Shown here one piece after another: positions 29,355 through 44,434 of a DNA stretch of 64,000 nucleotides. This DNA comes from Eledone cirrhosa. Taxonomy: Eukaryota. Under the pieces are notes generated by a model that was given only the letters and a program-made list of their open reading frames with translations, was not told where the DNA came from and made no database searches. Location of the stretch: contig OZ024742.1 in the NCBI GenBank assembly GCA_964016885.1, positions 182,838,001 to 182,902,000 of the forward strand. The letters run 5' to 3'. A program made the translations under genes and the position numbers. Positions within the stretch are counted from its first letter, which is position 1; each line of letters begins with the position of its first letter.

Positions 29355-30445
29355 GATAGATTGGCAGAGCGTCTGATAAAAGATAATTGATGCAACTGTT
29401 CTGGCTCTTCACATTCTGAGTTCAAATCCCAGTGAAGTCAACTTTGCTTTTCATCTTTCTGGGATCGTCATCTTTCTGGGGTCCATAAAGTACCAGTGAA
29501 GTACTAAAGTTGATTTTATCAACTTTGACATTCTCCCAAAGTTTACTGACCTTGTGCCAAAATTAGAAATCATTATTAAGTCTATTAGCGGGGCGGTGGA
29601 TTGGCAGTATCGGTAGAGAGTCGGACACCATGCTTTGCAGCATAGAGTTACGGCCCTTTATGATCTGAGTTCAGATCCCACCGAGGTTAACTTTGCCCTT
29701 CATCCTTACGAGGGTCGATAAAATAAAGCACCAGTAACGTACTTTAATCAACTTTCCGCACCCCCCAATTACTGACCTTGTGTCTATACTAGAAATCATT
29801 ACTATACAACCACTATCATAATATTGCCAGTATACCACCATTATAACCTTACCAACAATATAACATCACTATCACTATATCACCACTATACCCTCACAAT
29901 CACCATATTACCAGTATACCATCGCTATCACTATATCCCCAGTATACTATAACTGTTTCTATTTTTGTTAGAAAGCCAACAAATTTTTTTGGGGGGGAGG
30001 GGGAGGGGGATTAAGTCAACCCAGTGCGTTACTGGTACTTTATTTTATTGATCCCGCATGGATCAAAGACAAAGCTAATCTCAGCAGGTTTTGATCTCAG
30101 GACGTAAAATAATGTAACTATATGCCACAAAACATGTTGACCGACGCTCTACCGATAATGCTAATCGACAGATTCTTACTTGTGTGTTGAGCTTTGAAAT
30201 TGTTTATCATGTGTGTCTGTTAGAGGGCGGTGGATTGGCAGTATCGATAGAGCGTCGGACGACATGCTTTGCGACATGTAGTCATGTCCCTTTACGTTCG
30301 GAATTCAAATACAGCCGAGGTTAGCTTTGCCTTTCATCCTTACGAGATCGATAAAATAAAGTACCAATAACACACTGGGGGTAGATTTAATCGACTTTCC
30401 CCTCCCAAAAAATTGTTGGTCTAGTGTCTAAACCAGTAACCATTA
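29355..30445. mobile_element. Cluster of four SINE family A copies (+ 29355, + 29590, - 29965-30170, + 30224)
   Basis: gggcggtggattggcagtatcggtagag head, gagttcaaatccc B-box-like motif and tcgataaaataaagtacc core. Confidence 0.8.
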
Positions 30446-32893
30446 TGTGTGTGTATTAGTGCGTGGATATGTGTGACTATTAGACTAATTAATTTGTTAC
30501 CTCGAGAAACGTTAACTAGACAACCTCTAAAGATGCATTAGCGTTTATTCGCTTCCATGATAAGACATTTATGGCATTTATTAGTGTATTTATCAGTGAA
30601 TTTATTAATGTATTTAATTGAATTTTCATTTGACCGTTGTTGATCTTTTTAATTGTTTTATTTATCTTTATTTATTTATTTAATAGTGTTTTAATTTAGC
30701 CTATATATTCATCATCATTATCTGTAAAAACAAAAGTACCACTTTTATCACTTCTCTGATAATAATGTTTTTATTGTTCTCATGTTCGTTAATTGCTTCT
30801 CTTAATTTCTTAAGTGGGCGTGTACGAGCGGATATTAAGTCAATTATATTGTTTAATTAACAATAGCGTGTAGGCGTCCATAGTAAAGACGTGTTAATTT
30901 GTCGGCGAATATTCTGCGGCCTAATTTCTATTGGCAGTTCTACCGATTTCACTACTCTTATGTCTTCCATAATTCTACAAAGACAAAACGCACCTGTGTT
31001 TTATGCAAAAGACGCAATACATAGTCGAATTTTAAATCATTCATTACAATCTGTGAATGATTACATGTTATGGATATCGAACTAAATACACTTATTATGA
31101 ATTACAAAGAAGAGTGTATTGTGTCCATGTTTTGTGCAGGGGAGGTTCGATCGTCTCAGACTGGGGAAGACGGTTAATTACAACATCTGTAATGTACTCT
31201 TAACAGTAAAGTGTGAGATGAGACGGTATTATAGAAAAGAATAGTTTGTGAGATGAGGTTTGAGAAAGATTTGGGGGAAAAGTTTAAATTTGCAAAGGGG
31301 TCAGACCTCCTCAAACTGGTGACTTCTGTAATGTGCTCTCAACAGAAAAAAGTATGAGATGGGAGAACATTGTAGATGAGTATAATTTATGAGGTGAGGG
31401 TTGAGAAAGAAGTTTAGATTTGTTTTTTGTGAGATAGATGAAGGATAATATGAAAACGAGAGTGGAAAACAGTTTGATAATACAGAGTAGACGAAAGTAA
31501 TGTATATTTGGTAGAAGAGAAAAATGGTAGACATAATATATTAGTGTGCTAATGACGGTTTGTCTAGCAGTCATGATATTGTTTTATGTATGTATGGACC
31601 CGTAAATTCTGATGAGGTCGTAGAGATACCTTCGTGATATACGGCGTGACTTGGGCTCTTTACACTTGGTGGAGCTCATCCCCTCTCCAGGTCTGAACAC
31701 TGTCGATTTATTCCAGAAAAGGAGAGAGAGGGTGTGTGTGTATGTGTGTGTGAGAGAGAGAGGAGGCTGGGGGAAATCAGAAAGAGATATAGGGGAAACT
31801 TTGACTCCAGTACTAGACTGGATGAAAGGATGAAAGGCAAAGAGGAACTCGGTGGGGTATGAACTCATAAGGCGCGGGGAACTGGAATGAATATCACAAA
31901 GTATTTCCTCCGCCTTGATATTGTAATGTAATCTAGAACATTTCGACCGTCCTATGAAATTTCGAACATACCAAACTTATTAACTCATGTCTTATCTGGT
32001 GAGCGGTTAAGCTCATATAAAATGCTGAGAAATAAAGGAGGGTGCATTACATAACTTTAGGTCCAAACAGTTGATAACTTTAGATTAGCTATTGGACTAA
32101 AACCTAGCTAAAAGATCAGTAGTTGTCATTGTTACGTCGTCTGACACGCACAAACTTGTATTTTTCCGAGAGGATCAACTTAGAAAGCCCTTTCTATTTT
32201 TCATCGCTTAGTCAGAGAAAAGAGCAATGTTTATGACGTTTTTCAGAGCCTTCATGGCTAGTAGTAAGGCACCCCCATGCAGGGAATCTGATTAAAGAGT
32301 TATATTTATACGTTGAATTATTTCCTTTTCTATTTTTAAAGGATTTGAAGTATTAGTTACGGCTCTACTTTCTGAGTTCAAGTTTCGCTGTGGTCAACTT
32401 TGTTTTCAATAAAATAAAGTGGCAGTTAAGTACTGGCGTCGATATAATCGACTTTCTCCTCTCCTAAAATTACTGGCCTTGTACCTAAATTAGAAACCAT
32501 TATTATTCCTTAGGATGTTCCTAATATAAAACTTTCAATCTTGTATTTTTCTCATGCACGCAATTGATAGTTCAATGTTTATGGCTTGCTGTTCGATATT
32601 CTGAACGACTGGTCATGCATATGCTTGACTATAAGTGACCTTTCGTGGATGATTAGATCTTTTTTCTTCGCATGCACGTGATGTGTTTGGCAGCTGTGAT
32701 TTGCTGGAATATTAAGTGAAATATCAAGTGTCCAGATGTCAAGTTGAGTGAGTATTTAGTAACAACAGAGTAACAGCTGATTGCAGTTTATCAGCAATTC
32801 TTTTAGTCTTCCATTCGTTGAGGAGAAATAAAACTTCATTCAAGTCACTCGAATATTAGAATATATTTTGGTATCATTCTGAATCACGTGTTT

Positions 32894-32938
<45 letters not shown>

Positions 32939-34706
32939 CGGTAAGGTGGTGGTATTAGAAGAAGCTAATTAGATCTCTGTGGGCTCTGACTGAGAAAACC
33001 CATAAACAAAGATGTCTTTTTTTTCCTTTTTATCCTTTTTTTTCCTTTGAATGATGTAATACAGAACCATATTATGCATTGTATTTTCCCTATCTCTTTT
33101 AATATCCTTTGAGGTAGATTTGGCTATTAATACTAGTAGGTCGATTGGTCACGTAGAAGTTCCATGGTGTGCCTCATCCTTATAGACGTGCATTCAATAA
33201 ATATGGAGCGGTTTTCTTTTTCTCCGATCCATTTCATTTCATTGCAAACATGTTACACTCCTCTTTTTTACGCACCAAAACATACTATCAGTCGTTAGTT
33301 AGTCAGCCAGGACAGTCCTCATTAAAATATATCCCAGTCACCGTTTCCATAAGATAATCATGACCAAATTACCCACTCTATTCCTACTTTTTATAAATAG
33401 TAAGATGTTATTTAATGGAGAAGTGTTTGCTATTTCTAGCCAGAAGATTATCCACATAGAGACGCCCTCATTGGCTCCGCCCTTCTTATATTATATATTC
33501 TAATGGTGCCGGTTTAGTATCCACGAAGAACCAGTCATTCCACTCTATTCAATCTTACATAAATTGGTGGATGCTATTTAATAGAGACGTGGCTGCTATT
33601 TCTAGCACGCAGATCGACAACATATAGACACCGTTGTCGGCTCTGTCCTTCTCATTATATATTCTAATGGTATTGGTTTAGTATCCTTGAAGAACCAGCA
33701 ATGAATCAACGGGATTGTTCAACCGTTAATGGCTCAATTCTATAGCTATGTCATGATAATTACTTAGCTTCTCTGCTCGTTTCTTTCTCCACACCACAAA
33801 CACTTGCTATTATGTATATTAATTAGCTAATTAATCTCTTATTCTATTCAGTCGTTTATTTATTTACTATCATTCAGTTCTTATGAAAGGACTTGCTCTG
33901 AGACACGTAAATCACAAAACCACGTAGAGACATCCAACAAGACCTGCGTTCTATAGCCATTCTCTGTTTTGTTTTTTTTCTTTTTATACATACACACACT
34001 CTCAGAAACGTATACATATATGTGTGTGTGTGAATTCGTTATTATCGGCTTTACTGTCTGGTATCCTGGCATGTTAACTGTATAATGGTCAATATTTTTC
34101 CTCAACGAACACAATTTTAGAAATAGAACGTAAACCCGTACACAGTTCTGTGTACATTATGTTTACATTATGTTAAAAAAATTATTGACAGTCATAAAAT
34201 CATGCAAATGTCATTTACTACAGCCTCGGGTTGACCCAAGCCTTATCAGTGAAATTAGGTTGATAGAAACTGTTTGGAAGCCCATTGAATATTCTGAACT
34301 TGAACATCAAAGGATCACTCACTGTAATACGCTCAACCTTCCTGAGAATTCCGTTAAGGATACACGTGTCTTTAGAATTTATCATTCGACTTGTAGGATG
34401 TAGAAAGGATTAGAGAAGTCATGGCAGTATGGTTAAGTTGTCAAATCCCAACTATGTTGTACCAATTTTATCAATACCATAGGAATAGAATTTGGTGGAT
34501 CGTAATCATAGAGAAATCTGTGATACACCTGGTGTATATCGGCGGAGAATGTACGAATGCACATCAGAATGTACATCAGAATACAAACTGAAACTGTGAT
34601 GTTTTGTGAAAGAAGTGCTTTGCGATAAGTGTTCTTATTCCAATTACAAACACTGTGGTTATATAATTGGAAATCCGTACCAATGGAGCTATTGCTAACC
34701 TATTGC

Positions 34707-34735
34707 GGTATAATATATACATATATATATATATA

Positions 34736-34766
<31 letters not shown>

Positions 34767-35132
34767 TCGTGTAAGTGTCTAATATTTTAGACCATTTTTA
34801 AGGTTAAATTTATGGGGTCGACTATTACATATATACTACGTAGTTCTTATAAATATTTACATTTGCTCATTTTCTCGTATCCATCAAACTTAAAAGACTA
34901 GCTTTGTGCAATCAATTTATATCTCATAATTACTGTATGGGTAATATATCTACCGATTTGACACTGCCTACAGTAATACTGTGCACACGATACATTCACC
35001 CACAAATGTTGACAATTTATCCGTGAAATACTAAGGTCGACTTCTATTCGATGTCTTTGTAAAATTCCAGACATTTTGGCCAAAAATAGGTCGACCTTTA
35101 CATGAGATCGACTATTACTCAAGTATATATGC
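34707..35132. mobile_element. Degraded pogo/Tigger-like MITE remnant
   Basis: Repeated subterminal gtcgacta/tt motifs ending in tcgactattactcaagtatata; left end disrupted by microsatellite. Confidence 0.35.
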
Positions 35133-35185
<53 letters not shown>

Positions 35186-35764
35186 ATTCGTGAGTTTTAT
35201 ATCAAATAATAATAATATCATTAATATTCAATTCGTTTGCAAGCCTCATAACGCCATCTGTTTTAGACGATTATATCTATATTAGACGACTATATATATA
35301 AGACACAAGACTGTTTTAAGGTTTCAATCTCCCGTTGAGGTAAATTAATTTTATCAACTGTCATTGGAAAAGGTATAAGCCTGTCAATAGTTGTTCCCCT
35401 CTTTAAATTCTGGTTTAGCATCATTATTGCAATGGTCGCAAAGTTTACGTTATTTGGAGTTAACATATTTTTTTAAGGCATGAACACACAATGATACCAC
35501 TGTTGTATAATATAGAAATCTCTTTTTTCTCACATCACAAGAAACGAAGATGTTAATGATTGCTATTCTTCGCAAACGAAGTGTTAACACGATTGCGTTG
35601 AAATAGAGTTGACATAATCTGAAGCCTAGTTGTAACAGACGAGAACGATAATGGGGAAGTAATTGAAGTTAATAACCAACGTCAAAGTAGAGCGAAAGAG
35701 ATGAGTGGTGAGTTAGATTAATTGACAACGAAATGACGAAGAAATTATGCAATGACGAATGATG

Positions 35765-35771
35765 TACGTAC

Positions 35772-35802
<31 letters not shown>

Positions 35803-36150
35803 TGTATGTATGTATGTATGTATGTATGTATGTATGTATGTATGTATGTATGTATGTCTGTATGTATGCATGTATGTATTGAAATATGTATGTACGCATA
35901 TATGCATGTATGATGTATGCATGCATGATTGTATGTATGTATGATTGTATGTATGTATGGACGAATCGGTGGAGGGTTGTATGTGTGCATGTTTGTATGG
36001 CTGGATTACTGAAGGAGGGATGTATGTATGCATGTATAAATATATGCATACTTGTATACAGATATGTATGTATGGATGTGTGGATGATCTTTGTATGTAT
36101 GCCTGCATATGAATGCCTGCATACATACATGTATAGATGTATGTTTGTTT
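35765..36150. repeat. (TATG)n microsatellite and degenerate extension
   Basis: Direct inspection. Confidence 0.9.
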
Positions 36151-36189
36151 GTATCTGTGCATCTTTACTTAATTTTGACCGCTCTCCTT

Positions 36190-37200
36190 CCCGGTGGCAA
36201 GATTGTAAAGAAAACAAATCAATGGTATAGTCATTCTCATGTATCTTCTTTACCACATTAACAGTAGGTGGACAACTGACATCTACAACAAAGCATGTTT
36301 TCAATGTGTGGTCACAAACAATATCAGGCTTGTTGTGTTTAATTTGGTGGCAGTTTTTATTTTTAGATTTCACCAATATTTCTTTGAGTCATCAGACTCA
36401 AAATGTTCATCCCTATTTGTTCTTAATTTCGTCTTCCGTGGTGCATTGTTCTGCCTACCACATTTACAGAAAGGGAGTAACGAGAGAGCTAACATCTTTG
36501 GTTTTGTTTTACACAACCTACATTTATTGTCAGCAGTTGAATTTCTTCTATTGTGCAGTAGGTACTTGGTGGGGGTTTCTTGTTCCTGGATTGGAGATAT
36601 TCGTCAAGGGATACTACGAACGTGTTGCACTTCCATATCAGGATTTAAATTTGGTTTATTACTTTTAAGGGCTACAATCTTTTCAGTGAACTGGTCTATT
36701 TTTTTATTTTGCTGACCATTGAGTACAGTTTTCCAGTGTTCCTTGGTGAGAGATCCGTGCCAGCTTATATTTCACATACCTCCTCAAGTCCAATAACTAA
36801 CATTATTATTTTCATGCCCGTAAAATCTGAGTAAGATGGTTTCCGACTTTTTCATTTGTTGAGGATGTTGGTTCTTTATTACTCTCTGGATCTCGTACAA
36901 TGTTAATATGGATTTTAGATCCCGGCCAACCTCATTCCATTTGAAATTTAACCTATCCACCTCCCAAATAATGTTGAAATTTCGAGTATCATAGAGTAGC
37001 TTACGAGTTCTTACATCCATTGCTTTTAGATAATTCAGTGACCTGTTCAGAAGGTTAAAAGTTTAGCATTGGAAAGTTTAGCTAAAAGTGTAGCTAAGAT
37101 TTTGTGAGCAGCATGCTTGTGGTATGCTAAGCGTTCTGATGATCATATTCTCTAAGCTCTCCGAAGATATTCATTCCTTGTCCTCTCCATAATTTTAGGT
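36190..37200 (-). pseudogene. Degraded restriction-like-endonuclease LINE fragment (R4/Dong-like)
   Basis: DVRTRKLL...VDRL...GRDL (post-RT motif) and HNKPDIV...CFVVDVSCP...K (PD..D..K RLE motif); many stops and frameshifts. Confidence 0.65.
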
Positions 37201-37230
37201 CCAATCATATGAATGTAGAGATTTTATTTG

Positions 37231-37286
<56 letters not shown>

Positions 37287-37979
37287 TGTATCTATGTGTG
37301 CAGTGGCTAACAATAAGGAAACGAATCTAACAAGGAATGGTTATCACACTCTTTCATTCGCTCGTTCAGTCTCACTGAAGTACAAAACCTCAGGTGGAGG
37401 TTGTCTCATGCTCCCAGCAGACATAACAGGAAAGGCATTACACCAGAGGATAGCAAAGAGATCCATTTAAAGAATGCTGGCATCTGACCGAGAGATGTAC
37501 ACATTCAAGCCCAGAGATGCTAGTAAACAGATGTGGTTGTGGTTGTGGTTGTTTAGTTTTAGATCAATCCTGATAAAGCCGATATATGATCAAAGGCATT
37601 ACAGACGCAATTATCCATCCTTTTCCCAACCACAGCGTGACCATGACCTCATTATGATCTTCCTTTCAAAGAATTATGGGAGTGGCTTGGCTTCTTTCTA
37701 GCAGGTCAAGTGACAAGGATAGAGTCTCTTCTGTGGGTTTCAACGAATTCCTACTCATATGTGTGATATGAGTCTATCAAAAGTTATTTGCGATCAGAGG
37801 AGAGACAGATTCATTGATGAGCTGTAGAAAAATCCTCAAGTTTATTTCAATACAAAACAAGCATGAACACTCCAATTAAATGAACATTTTTAAGAACCCT
37901 TAAATGCACGTGTTTTAAATTGACAAATTCCAGGCGATCAGCTACAATAGACACTGTCATAAAAGTTATAAATATATTA

Positions 37980-38055
<76 letters not shown>

Positions 38056-38215
38056 CTCTCTCTCTGTAGAGTTTAAAGGAAGTTTTTTTTCTTTATTGTA
38101 TTTTTTTTAAGTAAAATAATGTAAAAACAATTTATGAATTCCATGTTTATGGTTTTATTCCATTCTTGAAAATATTATTCAAACATTATTTTGTTTTCTT
38201 TTTTCTAATTTCTAG

Positions 38216-38312
38216 TTTGCAAAACGTGTATTGTGCGTTATTTGGAAAGTAGCAAATATTGCCCTATCTGCGATGTTCTCGTTCATAAAACTCGGCCTTT
38301 GCAGCACATTCG
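38216..38312 (+). CDS. BMI1: Internal coding exon of a BMI1/PCGF2/4 (Psc-like) Polycomb group RING finger gene
   Basis: Polypyrimidine tract + ttctag| 97 bp |gtaagt. Translates (F)[31 protein letters not shown](R), nearly identical to the second half of the BMI1 RING ([33 protein letters not shown]). Not in the ORF track. Confidence 0.92.
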
Positions 38313-38449
38313 GTAAGTAAAACATATTTAATCCTTAAACGATATCGTTTTAAACCAAAGAAAAGAACATTTTCTACCAATCCACTCCTTATCATTCTTT
38401 TATAATTTCTATGCTATAGAAATGTTGGGCCCACCACTCGGCTCTGATG

Positions 38450-38735
38450 ACTAGATTTCCAGTTGTTTGGTCTACGAAATAGCTTGCATGTGAAATTAAC
38501 ATGCAAGTGGCTTGGCATTCTACTTACAAATACATACTTATCTGAATCCTAGAAAACATTTAGCATGACACAGTGTGTGGTGAGGTTCGCCCTTTGAATT
38601 ACGGGTACAGCTCAATGTTTACTAGCTGCGTGGACTGGAGCAACGTGAAACAAAGTCAAGATCATAACGTGCCACGGAGAATCGAACCCAGGACTTTACA
38701 ATCGTGAGTCGAACACTCTAACCGCTAACCCACAT
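38450..38735 (-). mobile_element. SINE family B-related copy
   Basis: The reverse complement has gggttagcggttagagtg...tgggttcgattctcc. Confidence 0.55.
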
Positions 38736-39837
38736 GTATTTATGAGATAGTTTTCCATTGGAAATGAAAATAAAGTTTTAGTATAGAAAAATGTCCAATT
38801 TATTTTAGCCTAGAAGTTCATTTATTTCAGAACCAATAAGCTAACTGTTTCATTAGTCAGTAGAGCATATACATGATGTATGTGTTCTTATTTGAATAAT
38901 GTAGCCACATGTATTGCAGTACACCATATGAATACATATGAACAACACACGCGCAACTCTGTGTGCCATGGATATGTGCTTTCTGGGTTTTAATGATGTT
39001 TTTTTTTGTTTTTTTCTTTGTGAAAGTATTCTTCGTAATGTGTGTGTAGTACTTAGTAGTGCTATTTTTTCTATGCTCTATATATTTGTAAGGTCTGTCA
39101 CAACTAGCCTGATACTGTTATTTGGAACCACATATAATTTTGATGTAAACATTGAAGTAGGTATATGGCTTTGTGGTTAGAGTGTCGAAAATATGGACCG
39201 AATGCAAGCGACATTTCACCAATACTCATAATGTTTATCTTTCGTTTTGAGACACTTTTAAAGCAACATACCCTTTCCTTCTATCACTTCTAACTCACCA
39301 ACCTCTTAATTCCCCATTTTCCTATTAATTCAACCCTTTTCTCCCAATTTGTCCCTATCTATATTTAATCTATTTCGTTTAGAAGAGTTGTACTTTCTTA
39401 TTAGCTTTCACAATCCACTCTCAAAAGCACCAAGATATTCTGATAAGAATGTTTATGTGTATATTTATTGAAAATTCATTAACCGAAACTGATTTTCTCT
39501 TGTAGTTTCCTGACTTAATCTGACTCTAATGTATTTCTAATCTAATTTTATACACAGAGAAAAGCAAAGATTAAGTTAAGACAAAGTAGCCTAAAGTTTT
39601 TTGTTTATTTTTCAGTAGCACTTATGCCAGAATCATAGATTTAGCATGGTAGCATAGTGTAAGTTGTGACTTTACAAAAAGCAGCACGATTCATGTTTCT
39701 CTTCTATTAGTGTCCATATTTCGACGCCATATTTTACATCTTGACTTCAAGGTCAAATATCACTCTATCTGTGATCCAAGAAATGGAAATTTTAAAGAAG
39801 TTTCTGATGCATACATATGAGGGTCTGTGTGTGTGTG

Positions 39838-39928
<91 letters not shown>

Positions 39929-39947
39929 ATGTATATGTATATATGTA

Positions 39948-40030
<83 letters not shown>

Positions 40031-40594
40031 GTATGTATGTATAGCGGCAGACACATACATGTATGTATATATATTTGTCGACGGTTACTTGATGTTGCAA
40101 CGACAGGTATATTCAATTGGAAAAGTATAATAGAAAGCTGTTTACAAATAACTCCGAACGATATAAATTGCTATATTGTTCGGCATGGATACATTGGAAA
40201 ATATGGCCACCGGGATAGTAGCAGCCAAACAAACAAGCAAACAAACAAACATATAAAGAACTACATTATATTAAATGTGTTTAACAGGGGAAAAAATGGT
40301 TGATGTTGGTTAGCTGTTTAAGAATAGAATAGATTTCTATTCAGATCGCGTCTGCATGCATACATTAGTAAATGGCTACGTTTTATGTCAAAATACGATC
40401 TTTCTTGTATATATTTTTTATTATATTATATGGGTGCGTAAACAGTTTCAGAAAGCTTCTAATCTTTAGAAAATATCTCTCACAGAATATTTTCAGGAAT
40501 AAAATTATGTGTGTCGCACTAATTCTATTTTGTAGTGTATCTGAGATGTTATATCGATTTTTCGTTATAGTTCTTTTTTATTATTTCTTTTTGT

Positions 40595-40805
40595 TGTGAC
40601 ACAGTGAAATGTTGTTGTTGACTGTTGTTCTTGTAGACACAACTAATAGTTAGTAGCGTTGTGACGATACACAAAGTGAAATATTGTTGTCGACACAAGT
40701 TAGTCCCAGTATAGATGTGACGAGACTCAAAGTGAACTGATGTTGTGTAGATAACTTTCCGCTAGTAGTGTTGTGACGAGATACAAAGCGATATGTTGTT
40801 GTCAG
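40595..40805. repeat. Degenerate ~55-60 bp tandem repeat (tgtgacgagacacaaagtgaa..tgttgt)
   Basis: The motif recurs four times. Confidence 0.6.
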
Positions 40806-41677
40806 CTCTAGTATTTATGTTTTATTAATTTCCTTCGAAGTATCAAAGATGAATTGGCCGCCTTGTGATTCGGAACCTGAACGTAAAGTTACAAGTAACT
40901 GGTTATAGTAGTGTTTTGATTAAACATTGGGTGAAATATGAAAGTTCTTCAGATATATCTGCTAATGAAACAAGGTATTGCCACATAGCTTTTAACATCC
41001 ATTTTGAACTATGATTTCAATAAATTACACTCCTTATACTAGTTTTACATCGTTGATCGTTTATGTCGTAAGCCGATCATCATGTCACTAGCCATGTAGT
41101 TACAGACTTTATGCATACTTTCACAAGTAGTCATATCAAAATTGACTCCTTGTTCACTATTTTATTTTATCTTAGGTACATACTTAAAAAATTTAGCAAA
41201 TGGCGCATGGCTTAGCGGTTATGGTATTAGGTTTGCGATCGTTAGGTCACGAGTTCAATTCAAAGTGTGGTCGCTGCTTTGTGTCCTTGAACAAAAGATT
41301 TTATTTTATGTTGCTTCATTCCAATTAGATGAGAAATAACTTGCCATGACTCTGGTAACAAGATATATCGGGTTTGTATTTCCCTTAACAAACATCAATG
41401 TCGTGGGGAGGGGTGATTTGTTGCTCTACCACAAAAGGCCTTGCCCAGACTTGTACCTCGGAGAGGAACATCCACAATAAATAGATTCTAGCATTAAATG
41501 GTGTTGTGTAGTTTTTCTGAACTCAAATGTTACAGTAAATTGTGCACACCTTCTGTTTATAGAATAGAAGAGGGCAGTAATGTAGCAGAAATATAGTCGT
41601 GAGTAAGATACATAACAACAGCTAGTTAACATGCATTTATATTTGAGACTGATTTTGTCTATTTTTCTAAGAGCTAT

Positions 41678-41900
41678 AGGGCGGTGGATTGGTAGTATCG
41701 GTTGAGCGTCGGACAACATGTTTTGCGGGATATAATTACGGCGCTTTACGTATTGGCTTCAACTCCCATCGATGATAACATTTTCTTTCATCCTAACGGG
41801 GTCGATAAACTAAAACAACAGTAACGCACTCGGGTCGATTTAATCAACTTTCTCTTCCCCCCAAAAGTTGTTGGCCTTGTGCCTAAATCAGAAACCCTCA
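41678..41900 (+). mobile_element. SINE family A copy
   Basis: Full head-to-tail match to 29590. Confidence 0.8.
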
Positions 41901-44337
41901 TTCTGAGGTCAATAAAGTAACTATGTCGTGAAATAGAAGAGATTCTGCCGCCTAAACATTCCTATTATAATGCATTAGATTGAGCCAAGCTAATGTATCA
42001 ACATTTCATTGTATATATTTACAAACAGGAAGGAAAAAAAAGAAAAAAGGGGTGGGGAGGTAAAAAGGTGGACATGCGGAGCGGGCAAACTTTATACTCT
42101 TGAGTAGGAAATACATCTCAGCTGTGCCTAGTGGGAAAGATATCAAAACCATTAACGTTGAGAACAGACAGCGATACCAATTACATCTGCCATTCCACCT
42201 CATGGAGTTCCTTCTTTTGGCCAAATGCCTTCCTCCTGATTTTATGGAAGTAAACGGCAGTCCAAAGACCAAGTACACGGGAGATTTACAAGGCAACTGT
42301 CTCTAAAATGAAATAGCCAATCAAAGTCCGCTATGTAGTGAATGAATTTGAAAAAGCATCCCACTGAAATAAGCTTTGACTTGGGTTTGAGTCTGTATTC
42401 TCACTTTACATTTGTAGTCTTGTGCCAACAATATGGATGAAATATTTTGGTGATATTTAGTTTACATTTTATGCTCTGCTACTGTAAGTATACTACACAC
42501 TCTGCTTGTTCAACTCTGCTGTTGATGTCAAGACTGCGACCAGTCCTGATCGAGTAGTTATATGGTGAAAGGAATTATAACTGTGACTAAGCTGTCTTGT
42601 TAAGAATATCTAGCACGATATACCTGATGTGTTTTCCTTTTCTATGACAGCACGGTAGGATTTGAAAGATTTGTTTGGTATTTCTAGCAGAACAAACAAA
42701 CATATATAAGCCTTCTCGATGATTGTTCTGAATGTTCGATGTTATTTAGCTCCATGAAAGCTCTGATCGCATAAACACATAGCCAAAGAGGTTCCACTGA
42801 ATTACAGGTACAACTTAGTTTTACAAACAGTGTTGGCAGAAGCAAAGTGAAATAAAATATCTTGATCAAGGACACAACGCACCGCCGGAACTTACGATTT
42901 TACCACTAGGTCATACTCAAAGATGAACCCGTTCAAAAGCTTGATATAGTGATTATAATTGGAGGCGTGCAGTTGAGCAGAGGAGAAGAGACATAAAACA
43001 GCAGCATTAAACGCAGAAAAGGTCAAGGAAATTAATAAATAACAGAGCGGTCATCAAAATAACTTCTGACATTTTTACTGTCAGATCTCCCTTGTCACAA
43101 GATTATTCTAAATAATCAGTAAGGTATTTCTTTAAAGAATCTTTGAAGCGGAGGAATTAATCAGGAGTAAAAAAAGTTAAATGTGGCTATCACTTTCGTA
43201 GTATGGATTATGTTCATCTTAAACATGTAAGTAGACGTCTGCTTGAAAAATGCGTGGGTGGTAAGAAACCTCCAGAGGATTGATGGTGTGAAAATCAGCT
43301 GTTTGATAAGGTAGTTAGTGTGTTACACTGGGGTGACGTACAATAATAATGACCAGGAAAGTAAAGGTGGATGTACATGCCTAGTGGTGGTTGATCAAGT
43401 GGTGTAGATAATTAAGATGGGCTATTCTTTCGGCGTTGTAGTATCTTATGCAGCAGCATGGTGTTTGTAAGATAAAGTGTACTCTGGTGAAAAAATCATC
43501 ACGTTGAATGGCTTTTGGGTGCAATCTAGGAGTATGTGTTCGTGTAGCAACAATACAATCCTAGATGTCGATCAACAAGTTACCAGGCCTCATTTGTTTA
43601 CCGATTGGAGTGAATCTCGTCAAATCAGACTAAGGAAATAATGTTTCCATTGGTTTTTCCATTGCTGATACTATCTACCAGTCGCAACTTCTGCAACGTG
43701 AAATAAGGTGTCTTGCTTAAGGGACATAATGCATCACCCAATTGCAAATCCAATCTCCTAACCACTAAGCCACGTGCCTTCGCAATACTAGAACATTATT
43801 TGATTTTGGATATTGCTTGAGTTTTATAGAATCAGTGGTTAACCGGAGCTCACGTTATTTTTCGAGCTCTGAAGAGGAAATTTAATCTTTGGGATGTAAT
43901 TGTGCTATTTTATTTATATGGGATTTTCAGGAATGGTTTTCAGAGGTCTGTTAGCGAGGCATTGTATCGAGTTTGGGAGATTTAATTACTTGTTGTCTAA
44001 TATTAGAAAGACTAGAGAAGAAGATATTTCCTTTATATATAGTTATTTCGTATTTGTGGTGTTAAAAGAGACTAGATTTCCTTGTACCAATTTCAATAAG
44101 TTTTTGAAGTTACAAAAGATTTCGAAGTCTCGGAAGTTTTCGAGATTTCAGAAGGCTGGACAGTGTAAAGGTTCTACAGGTGTCAATATAAACTCGCATA
44201 TTGATGAGATATCGAAGCAGACTCAAACCCCGGTTAATATGATTGTACCCTGAGCTGATCGATATTGAAACTATTGTATGTCAATAAAGATTATATATAT
44301 GGTGCAACATTGACTTCGATCCTGCTTATACATACAT

Positions 44338-44434
<97 letters not shown>

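Noticed and set aside
31085-31640. Possible decayed LINE 3' end on the minus strand
   Set aside because: Only a vague resemblance; no motif clear enough to call.
38443-38490. CTGATGA...GAAA hammerhead-like string
   Set aside because: Stem I does not pair, stem II closes with a C-C mismatch, and the related repeat copy at ~27810-27860 lacks the core.
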